This document shows positions 26,141 through 37,199 of a stretch of 64,000 nucleotides of DNA, one piece after another. The stretch covers positions 262,759,350 through 262,823,349 of the forward strand of contig NC_052146.1 in the NCBI RefSeq assembly GCF_902713615.1, given 5' to 3'. Positions within the stretch are counted from its first letter, which is position 1. Every line of letters begins with the position of its first letter. The notes beneath the pieces are model-generated. The model saw only the letters and a program-made list of their open reading frames with translations. It was not told the DNA's origin and searched no databases. Made by a program: the position numbers and the translations under genes. The stretch comes from Scyliorhinus canicula (Eukaryota).

Positions 26141-27639
26141 TTAAGGGAGCTGTGGGAGTCCATGGGCTTGTAGTGAATTTGTAGTGTAGGGCCATTTCAT
26201 AAACTCTTTTTGATTTGAGCGATAGGTGTGATGGTAAGTTGCCCCAGTGCCACCAAAAGGGAACATAAAATTCTAACAAAAGTGTTCTTGGGTAACACTA
26301 TTACAATAACCAAACAATTAGTTATAGGGAATTCAGAATAAATTTATTCATCCAAAGAGTGGTAAGAATGTGGAACTTTCTACCAGAGGAAGTGGTTGAA
26401 GTGAGTAGCATTTCTGTAATTAAGAGGAAATTGGACAAGTATATGAGGGAGAAGGGAATAGATGGTTACGATGGTAGATTTAGACTGGAGGAGGCTTGAA
26501 TGTAGCCTTTTCTGTGCCATATATCCTTTCCGACCATATGTAAAAACTTGGCCAATGGAGCAACAAATATAAATTTAATTAAAAGATCATGAGTATCCAG
26601 AATACATTCCATACCCTGCAGTGCCGATTAGTCATAGAACCAAGCACATTTTCAGGCAATCGATGTGCTTATTTTAGTGTTTTATGCAATGATGATGCAA
26701 TATATATATTTTTTATTTGTTCGTGGGGTGTGGGGTTGCTGACTGGGCCAGCATTTATTGCCCATCCCAGAGAGCATTTAAGAGTCAACCACATTGCTGT
26801 GGGTCTGAAGTCACATGTGGGCCAGACCAGGTAAGGACGACAGATTTCCTTCCCTCAAGGACATTAGTGAACCAGATGGGTCTTCTTGACAATGGGTTCA
26901 TGGTCACCGTTAGACTGCCTGTTCCAGATGTTTATTGAATTAAAATTTCACCATCTGCCATGGCGAGATCAAACCTGGGTCCCCAGAGCATGACTCTGGG
27001 TCTCTGGATTACTAGTCCAGTGACAATACCACTATGCCACTGCCTCCCCAACAATTTTAATATAGAATCCTATCACACAAAAGGAGACCATTTGGCCCAT
27101 TGTGTCTGTATCAGCTCTCTGACCGAGCGATCAAATTAATATTGTTCCATTAATCCCTCCCCCGCAGCACTGCTCTTTCCCCACAGTACTCCCATTTTTT
27201 TTCCACCAAGTATTTAATTCACTTTTTGTGTTATTATTGAATCTGCTTGAATCCCTTAGACAATGCATTCCAAATCATAAATATTTGTTGCAGAAAAAAT
27301 GTTTCTCATCTTTTTGGTTACTTTGCTAATTCGCTTAACTGTGTTGTCTAGTTACTGACTCTTCTCCCTTAGGCCTTGCCATCCTTCCTGAGGTAGAGTG
27401 CTAACTGGGTCCTAACGGATTTCCTAAAATGATTGCAGCTTGACAGGTTGACCACCTCTTATGGGGTATCCTTTTGCTAAACTTCAAGCTAGTTAGGAGA
27501 GGATCATAGACTCAACTTACATTCATGGCTCAGGTTGCATTTAGTCGTGGTGTCCCAGCCATCATGTGCAGCTGGCTGGATGGCACAGGTGGTATTTTCC
27601 TGATTGCCAGATGTTCGAGGAGTTGTTGGCACTACAGTA

Positions 27640-28900
27640 ACATTTGAACTTTAATGTAATAAAACATCACAAGGGGCTTCACAGGAGCATTATAAAGCAA
27701 AATTAGTCACTGATACACAAAAGGTGAAATAGGCAGAAGGCCAACTTTAGTCAAAGAAGCAGGTTTTAAGTAGTGTCTGAAAGGAACCAACAGGTAGACT
27801 TGTTAACAATAGAAATTCCAGAGCTTAGAGTCTAGGCAATAAAAACAGTCACCAGTGGTGCAGCCATTAAAATTGGGGATGCGCTAGCCAGAATTTGATG
27901 AATGCAGATACCTCAGTGAGTTGTGGGGCTGGTGGAATTTAGAGATATGGAGGGATTTGAAAAGGAGGGTGAGCCATTTAAAATCAAGGCATTGCTTGAC
28001 CGGGTGCCAAGATATTTATCATAGAATTTTACAGTGCAGAAGGAGGCCATTCAGCCCATCGTGTCTGCACCGGCTCTTGGAAAGAGCACCCTACCTAAGG
28101 TCAACAACTCCACCCTATCCCCATAACCCCACCCAACACTAAGGGCAATTTTGGAAACCAAGGACAATTTATCATGGCCAATCCACCTAACCTGCACATC
28201 TTTGGACTGTGGGAGGAAACCGGAGCACCCGGAGGAAACCCACGCACACACGGGGAGGATGTGCAGACTCCGCACAGACAGTGACCCAAGCCGGAATCGA
28301 ACCTGGGACCCTGGAGCTGTGAAGCGATTGTGCTATCCACAAGGCTACCGTGCTGCCCATTTAGAGGGTTGATGGGTAAATGGGATAAAACAGAGTGGAC
28401 CAGAGTTAGAAGTGTTGGAACAGAGGTGTAGTGCATTGCAGAGACTATGATGGCATTTGAAAATGCATCTGAGGATATCTGAGGGACATAAAACTATTGA
28501 GGTAAGCTACAGCAGGTTGACAGCTGAGGTAAATTCATGTGAGATGCCTCCATCTCCTTTGAGTCTCTGCAGAACTGTGCTGCTATGCTTTCTCCTGCTG
28601 TTGCTCCCCTGTGTGGATGACAGCCTCAGTGAAATCCTAGCAACATTCTCATCTTTTCTCAGTACTTTGGGAAGTAAAGTCTGGATGTAGTAAGGGCATG
28701 GATGAGGATTTCAACAGCAGAGGCGAAGAGGAGCCATGTGATGTTATGGAGGCTGAAATTGGTAGTTTTAGTGATGGTATGCATGAGGTCAGTTCATCTT
28801 GTAATATGACACTAGTGTTGCAAAGCCATTGAAGTGACAGAATACAGCTGCATCTAAAAATCAGCTCTCCAAAGCTACTTATTAAAAACCTTGAAAATTC
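27640..28900 (-). mobile_element. Old L2-like remnant with nested HE1 SINE (28019-28358, -)
   Basis: L2-type 3' end (GCTCCTGTGAAGC...GATGTTTTATTACATTAAAG on the minus strand). The HE1 copy is near-intact. Confidence 0.6.
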
Positions 28901-30621
28901 AGTTAAGGCATGGATCATAAATCCCTAGCAGCCAATATTTACACAGAATCTTAGCTTAATTGAGAAAGATCAGTTCTTCAGTCTGCTTCCTGACTGCCAT
29001 GTTTTCCTTCTTGGTGGGCTTAAGAATGTCTGAATCAAATGCTCCCTGACACCAATTTCTCAAAGGGGTTCTAATTCAAGTGAAAGGCCCCACGTTAATT
29101 AATTTAATGAGTCCAGCATTCATTGCAGATGGCCACCAGGGATTGCTAAGAAGTGTCTTAACCAATATGCTGTGGATATATTACTGGATTAATAATACAG
29201 AATGAGACGTCAAATCCCACCATGACAGTTTGAAAATTTGAATTCAGTTTTTAAAATTTGCAAATTAAATGCTGGTATCAATAAATGTGACCATGGTATT
29301 ATTGGATTATCATCAAAAAGTGAGTTGCTTCACTATGTCCTTTGGGGAAGGAAACCTGCTGTCTTTGCCTGGTTGGCCATTTTGTGACTCCAGCCCCACC
29401 CTAATATTGACCCTTAACTGCCCTTGTGGCTTCCATATCACCCAGTTCAGGGCAACTAGGGATGGGTAATAAATATTGCCTTGGCATTGATGCCCACAAT
29501 CCAAGCATAAATAAAATAAATGTGGTGACAACTGAATTTCAAGTATAGTTTTCTTTTGGATGGACAGCTAGGTTATGTATTGAATGCCAATTTAGTGCCT
29601 GAAAACTAGGTGAAACAAAAATGAATTTCCACACCTAATGGTCTGAATGCAGATACTAGGGCCAGGATTTTCCAGTCCGTCACAGCAGTACCCTCTGTGG
29701 GAGATTCGGCAGATCAGTCAAACATCCATTGACTTTTGATGAGACAAGAAAAATCCTGCTTATGATTGCAGAGGTGTTGTGCAAATATGCCTTCCTTAGT
29801 AGTTTACTCCTGATCATTTGAAATTTGTTTTGCATAAAAATAATTATCCACTCATTTGAAAGCACATTAATGAATTTGAACAAAGAACAGTACAGCACAG
29901 GAACAGGCCCTTCGGCCCGCCAAGCCCATGCCGACCAACTAAACTACAATCTTCTAAAAGAACAAAGATAAGTACATGTTTGGTTCAAACATACAATAAA
30001 AACAGGTAACCCAAATTAAGCAATTTAAAATTGAGTAGACTGTAAAAAACATTATTTTTAAATCATCTCCTAAATTCCAAAACCCTATAAGTTTTATGAT
30101 TAGTACATATAGCGATGTTATCTGGATGACCAGATTCGGGTGGGTACAAATAATGCACAATTGTGTTGTGTACATAATATATAGAACATAAGATTATAAT
30201 TCAGCTGTTAGATTTCTATGACTTTTATTAAGTTTTCTTTCATATAGCCTTCTGGGATTTACTGCAGTTTCATAAGATGTCTAACATGTTGCAATAAAGT
30301 CAGTGTCATCTTGGATGCATCTTGTGAAAATAAGAAGTCTTTCTTTGAATAAATTTTGAGGTGAAAGTTCATTTTGAACTTGTTAAATATAACTAATCCT
30401 TTTAAAGGTGTGCTTTGGAATGGAACAACTTTGTGTAAGGGCAGTGTTTCTGTAGTTATAACTGAATTTGTTTTATTATGTTTCTACCAAAATAGCCATT
30501 CTGCTATTAGATATTTAAACGGGCAGCGGAAATTGGTCATCAACATCTGCGGAAAGAGATAGGCAAGACGGCAAGTGGTCTAAATTTACCAAAATCTATA
30601 CAGCCGGAAACCAGTAATGAT

Positions 30622-33498
30622 TTTTTAAAAAAAAATTTTTATTGAGATTTTCAAAAACATAATAACAACAACAAAAAGAAAACCCCCCAGTAACTACAAA
30701 AAGGAGAAATAGATAAACACCCGGCATATTCAATAAACACATTTCTCCCTTCCCCCGAAACAAACACCCCCCCCCCCCCCCCCCCAAGTTGCTGCTGCTG
30801 CCTGCCTATTTCCCTACCGTTCCGCCAGGAAGTCCAGGAAAGGCTGCCACCGCCTAACGAACCCCTGTACTGATCCCCTCAGGACAAATTTCACCTTCTC
30901 CAATTTGATGAACCCCGCCATATCATTGATCCAGGCCTCCACGCTTGGGGGCCTCGCATCCTTCCATTGAAGCAAGATCCTCCGCCGGGCTACTAGGGAC
31001 GCAAAGGCCAGAACACCAGCCTCTTCCGCCTCCTGCACTCCCGGCTCCACTGCAACCCCAAACATTGCGAGTCCCCAGCCTGGCTTGACCCTGGATCCTA
31101 CCACCCTCGACACTGTCCTTGCTACCCCCTTCCAAAACTCCCCCAGCGCTGGGCATGCCCAGAACATATGGGCGTGGTTCGCTGGGCTCCCCGAGCACCT
31201 AGCACACCTGTCTTCGCCCCCGAAAAACCTACTCATCCTCGTCCCAGTCATGTGGGCCCTGTGCAGCACCTTGAACTGTATGAGGCTAAGCCTCGCACAG
31301 GAAGAGGAGGAATTCACTCTTTGCAGGGCATCAGCCCAGGTCCCCTCCTCAATCTCCTCACCCAGCTCCTCCTCCCATTTACCCTTCAGCTCCTCCACCG
31401 AGGCCTCATCCACCTCCTGCATGATGTAGTACACGTCCAAAATCCTCCCCCTCCAACCCACACCCCCGAGAGCACCCTGTCCTGTACCCCACGTGGGGGC
31501 AGCAGAGGGAACCCCTCCACCTGCTGCCTGGCAAACGCCCTAACCTGCATGTACCTACAGATGTTCCCGGAGGGAGGGGGAGCCCAAACTTCCCCTCTAA
31601 CTCACCCAGGCTCGCGAACCTCCCATCCACAAATGGGTCCCTCAACCTCCTAATACCTACCCTGTGCCAGCCCAGAAGCCCGCCATCGATGCTCCCTGGA
31701 ACAAACCGGTGGTTCCCCCGTATCGGGGACTCCATCGAGCCCCCCACCTCTCCCCTCTGCCGTCTCCATTGCCCCCAAATTTTGAGGGCAGCTGCCACCA
31801 CCGGGCCTGTGGTATACCTCGTTGGAGGGAGCGGCAACGGCGCCGTTACCAGCGCCTCCAGGCTCGTGTCCACGCAGGACGCCATCTCCATCCTTTTCCA
31901 TGCTGCCCCTGCCCCGTCCATTACCCACTTACGCACCATCGCTGCGTTGGCAGCCCAATAGTACCCACAGAGGTTGGGCAGCGCGAGCCCCTCCCTATCC
32001 CTGCCCCGCTCCAAAAACACCCTTCTCACCCTCGGAGTCCCATGCGCCCATACAAATCCCGTAATACTCCTGTTGACCCTCCCAAAAAAGGCCTTCGGGA
32101 TAAGGATGGGGAGGCACTGGAACAGGAGCAAAAACCTTGGGAGCACCGCCATCTTGACGGCCTGCACCCTGCCCGCCAGCGACAACATGTCCCATCTTTT
32201 AAACTCCTCCTCCATTTGCTCCACCAGCCTAGTGAAGTTAAGCTTGTGAACCTGGAATCCCAGGTACCGAAAGCTCCTCCCCGCCCTTTTCAGCGGGAGC
32301 CTATCAATCCCCTCCTCTTGATCCCCCGGGTGCACGACGAACAGCTCACTCTTACCCAGGTTGAGCTTGTAACCAGAAAAGCCCCCAAATTCCCTAAGTA
32401 TCTGCATCACCTCCGGCATTCCCCCCACTGGGTCCGCCACATAAAGCAACAAGTCATCTGCGTATAATGACACTCAGTGCTCCTCCCCACCCCGCACCAG
32501 ACCCCTCCAATTCCTCGACTCCCTCAACGCCATGGCCAGGGGCTCAATTGCCAACGCAAAGAGGACACCCCTGCCTCGTCCCCCGGTACAACCGAAAGTA
32601 CTCCGATCTCCTCCTATTGGTGGCTACGCTCGCCATCGGGGCCTCATATAACAGCCTCGCCCAACTGACAAACCCCGAACCCAAACCTTTCCAGCACCTC
32701 CCACAAGTACCCCCACTCAACCCTATCAAAGGCCTTCTCCGCGTCTAAAGCTACCACTATCTCCGCCTCCCCTTCCACCGCCGGCATCATTATAACATTC
32801 AGAAGCCTACGTATATTGGTGTTCAGCTGCCTTCCCTTCACAAACCCTGTCTGGTCCTCATGAATGACCCCCGGCACACAGTCCTCTATCCTTGTGGCCA
32901 AGATCTTCGCTAACAGCTTGGCATCCACATTTAATAATGAGATCGGCCCATATGATCCACACTGTAGGGGGTCCTTGTCCCGTTTAAGGATCAAGGAAAT
33001 CAGTGCCCGTGACATGGTCGGGGGCAAAGCCCCCCTCCTTCCTTGCCTCGTTAAAGGTCCTAACCAACAGGGGGCTCAACAGGTCTGCATACATTTTGTA
33101 AAATTCGACCGGAAACCCATCCAGCCCCGGCGCCTTCCCCGACTGCATGCTGCCTATCCCTTTGACCAGCTCAATCGGCGCTCTCAGCCCCTCCATCTGT
33201 CCCTCTTCCACCTTCGGAAATCTCAGCCTATCCAAAAAAATGCCCCATTCCCCCCCCCCCTCCGCCGGGGGCTCGGACCGGTACAGTTCCCCATAAAAGT
33301 CCTTGAAGACCCCATTAATGTCCACATTGCCTCCCCTATCCGTCACTCCACCAATCTCCCTGGCCGCGTCTCGTTTACGTAGCTGATGCGCCAGCATCCT
33401 ACTCGCCTTCTCCCCATATCCGTACACTGCTCCCTGTGCCTTCCTCCACTGAGCTTCAGCCTTTCCGGTGGTCAGCAAGTCGAACTTGGCCTGAAGGT
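30622..33498 (-). mobile_element. 5'-truncated L1 element (ORF2 RT and C-terminal CCHC region, frameshifted)
   Basis: KAPGLDGFP, ISLLNVDAKLLAKILATR, LDAEKAFDRV, RGTRQGCPL, SLYADD and CARCSGSPANHAHMFWAC motifs. AATAAA plus A-rich tail. 16-bp TSD GGAAACCAGTAATGAT at 30606-30621 and 33499-33514. Confidence 0.95.
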
Positions 33499-34513
33499 GG
33501 AAACCAGTAATGATGAAACCAGGGGCTGGTTTAGCTCACAAGGCTAAATCGCTGGCTTATAAAGCAGACCAAGCAGGCCAGCAGCACGGTTCGATTCCCG
33601 TACCAGCCTCCCCGGACAGGCGCCGGAATGTGGCGACTAGGGGCTTTTCACAGTAACTTCATTGAAGCCTACTCGTGACAATAAGCGATTTTCATTTCAT
33701 GAGCGACACACACATACTAGAGCCAAAAAAAGAGAAATTCTAGTCTTGGCTGCTTCCACATTGCAAAGAGGGCTGTAGTCAGCTGTTGACATTGTGATGT
33801 CAAGTGTAAATCTAGCAAGTAAAATTTATACCTGAAGGGTACAAAATCTGAGAACAGTATCACAGTCACTGTCCTTTTGACACATGAAGGCAGTTGAACA
33901 TGACTCAGTTATAAAATCTTCCAGGAACATAAAGTACAAATCTGTGAATATACAACTAAAGAAATATGTTTAGCACAAAACTTGCATTTCATATATCAAA
34001 ACCTGACAGATCAGAATGAACTCAGGAAAAAAGATCAAATAACTGGAAGGATACTTAATATGAAGTATTCCAGTTAATTAGACCTTTGTCATGATCAAGC
34101 TCTGCATGCTTCCAATGAAAAACATCTTAGTACTGTACATGAAAACCCTCACCAAGATGCACAGTGACCAGATACTATGTGATTATCCATTTTCTCAAGA
34201 CTTTCAAACTGTGCTCGTCACTGGGTTTGGTTTTCAATACCATAGAAATAGGCTGATATCGATTATTATTCCAGTTATGAATTGAAATGTTCTCATTATT
34301 ACAAATCTCCAAAGCCTTGATCAAGTAATCTGGGATCTTGTGATGTTTAGGTGGATACTGGATCCGAGTAATACGAATATGCCATCCAAAATAATGTGTT
34401 ACCAAGAACATAGAAAATACAAGAATTTTTTTTCAACATCATTGCTTACAAGAACTAATTTTAGGCAATGGTCTTTGCTTTACACATCTTAAGTATGTCA
34501 AATTTCTAGCCAT

Positions 34514-34812
34514 GGGCAGAATGGTAGCACAGTGGTTAGCACTGTTGCTTCACACCACCAGGGACCCAGGTTTGATTCCCGGCTGAGGTCACTGTGTGGA
34601 GTCTGCACATTCTCCCCGTGCCTGCTTGTGTTTCCTACGGGTCCCCCGGTTTCCTCCCACAAGTCCCGAAAGACATGCTTGTTAGGGGAATTGGACATTC
34701 TGAATTCTTCCTCCGAACAGGCGCCGGAATGTGGTGACGAGAGGATTTTCACAGTAACTTCATTGCAGTGTTAATGTCAGCCTACTTGTGGCAATAATAA
34801 ATTATTATTATT
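34514..34812 (+). mobile_element. V-SINE with alternative tail ending in (ATT)n; second copy at about 47325-47622
   Basis: HE1-like head and V-domain joined to CAGGCGCCGGAATGTGG...CACAGTAACTTCATTGCAGTG...AATAAA(ATT)n. Confidence 0.8.
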
Positions 34813-34924
34813 AAAGGGATGCAGCATTTCTTTCCATTCCTGTTTGAATGGAGTAGTAAATTGTGTTAGACCATTCTGATGAAACAGTCAGTTACTCGGA
34901 AGACATTCTCCATTATATCTTTTC

Positions 34925-35160
34925 ATTATTTTTTTTAAACTTTAGAGTACCCAATTAATTTTTTCCAATTAAGGAGCAATTTAGCATAGCCAATCCACCT
35001 TCTATGCACATCTTTGGGTTGTGGGGGCGAAACCCACGCAATCATGGGGAGAATGTGCAAACTCCACACGGACAGTGACCCAGAGCCGGGATTGAACCTG
35101 GGACCTCGGTGCCGTGAGGCTGCAGGGCTAACCCACTGCACCACCGTGCTGCCCCCCCCC
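34925..35160 (-). mobile_element. A-tailed V-SINE; same subfamily at about 46023-46252, 48741-48938, 49352-49555, 54861-55101, 58636-58856 and 61702-61942
   Basis: Shortened V-domain, tail TTGCCCCTTAATTGGAAAAAA...AATTGGGTACTCTAAA followed by a T/A-rich run, and flanking direct repeats. Confidence 0.85.
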
Positions 35161-37199
35161 CCCATTATATATTTTCAAACAGATCACACAGAATCAACAA
35201 ATGCATGCCAACTAAATTATTGTTTCGTAGATAGCTGTGTATATGCTGCGAAATAACAAAGCTAACTTTAGATAGCTGTTCAGAAGCAGGCCAGATTCCC
35301 AAATTGATGTTATTCTCTGAAAATTGTAGTCAATTTTTAGTCTCTGATTGCAGGAATAAATTGGAATGCAAGGTCTTTGATGTAATAACTAAGACTTGGA
35401 CATACCATTTTCAGATTGGGGACTTTAAATTTGGAAAAGAGTTATTGTTGAAAGTTGAGATCATGGATCAATCAGGAAAAAAAATCTAGATCACATGATG
35501 GGAGAGGTTGTGGTTTTAATCATGAGCAAAGCCTGTCGGATGTACAAGTCTCAGTTACTTCACTCGGAACATTGAAATTAGGAGAGGTTGGCAATTCAGC
35601 CCTTTGAGCCTGCTCTGTCATTCAATCAGATCATGGCTGAATTCTTACTGGTCTCAAATCCACTTCCCCGCCTGTTGCCCATATCCCTTTAACCTGTTTT
35701 TTAAAAAAACTCAAAGGTAAGACTGAAGAAACGTCTACAACACTAAAGCCAGCTGAAAAACATTTGTGTTAAGTGATGTATGAATTCTACAAAGGGCTGA
35801 AATAAAATATCTCAAAGCACTAGATATCCATAGTAATATTTAATTTGCTACTCATTAAAGGTACACATTTGAAACATGACGAGGCAGAAATAATATGTAC
35901 TATACCTTGCTTAGTCAAAATATTAGATTGTTACTATAGCTCTTTTCTAAACACTAAATGTAATACTAAACATAAATTATCTGAATTACTTTCGAGAAGA
36001 CAAGTTTTGTTCCATAAACTCTTCAACATAGCTCAGAACTATGATTAGTAGATTTTCCTTACTAAATTGTGCTTGAAATGTAAATTTAGTACAAATGTAC
36101 CTGAAAGTGTTTGATGGAGCAGGAAATGGAAACATTGCCCTTTTTCAAATATTAATAATGATATGGACATTCCCTCCAACAGCTATTATAATTTCCCACT
36201 GTTATCCAGATTTTCAAAAATCAAACTCTTCTGGGACCATTGTAATCAAAACACTGAGGCAAGTGTAAATGAGTCTGAATTGCTCTTTCAATAAAATCAG
36301 TTTTGTTTCACTACATTCTTCCATATTTTCTAAAGTCAATAAGTTGCGAAATAGTAAAAAAGAGTACCTTTGTTTACGTGCATCAGAACAAGTACATTTA
36401 TGTTTACAACCAACATTTACAGCAGAAGGAATACTTGTTATCCACTTAGTTCGTAAAACAGGCTTATTTTATATAAATTATTCGAATACAAATATAACAG
36501 CGGAGGAGATGGAGTCGAGTATAATTGAAAGAACATTTTTGAACTTACTTTCAACTGCATGGAGAAAGTAATATTTGAATTTGATTATATTTTGCTTGCC
36601 ATATAAGTGCTTCAAAAAAGATTAGAATTAACACGGTACTATACATCCAACCGTGTAAAATCTCACCCTATAAAATAAATGTTTTCACTCCAGTCACTAA
36701 ACAATTTATTTTCGTTTCGTAGAAATAAGTCCTTCCACAGAAAAGGAAATCAACAGTCACACTGTTAAAGACGTTCATGCGTTTTCCAGACGATGAAACT
36801 AAAGTAGCGTTTTTTTTGTACAGTTCGCGCGTTACAACGCAATTATACAAAGTGGAACTCAAATATCGTTGTCCACTAAAGAAACGCATCAATATATTAG
36901 TGCGGGTCAGGACGGGGACAGCAGAGTAAAGGTGATTTCTGAACAACTATAAAACGGGGTGGGGGTTAATTTCAAAACGAATGACAGCAAGCGAAGTATT
37001 TCTCTTCTCCCTCCCACCGGCCATCCACAAGTAGAGTTCAGAATTTCCAATTCTCCACGTGAAAAAAATTTGGACAGAGTTTGCAAGCAGGCAGGATGAT
37101 GTGAAAAGAACGTTGCTACAGATTTCCTACATATAAAAGCTATGTTGACAAAAAGTCCGGTCTCATTCTAGATCTAAAACGCAAATGGGTCTACTTGAG

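Noticed and set aside
30814-33478. Long ORFs (up to 355 aa) as host genes or an active element
   Set aside because: These are frameshifted L1 ORF2 pieces lacking ORF1 and the endonuclease; the + strand ORFs are GC-rich shadows.
33522-33610. tRNA gene-like sequence
   Set aside because: It is the head of a multi-copy SINE with a non-canonical anticodon arm and an attached tail.
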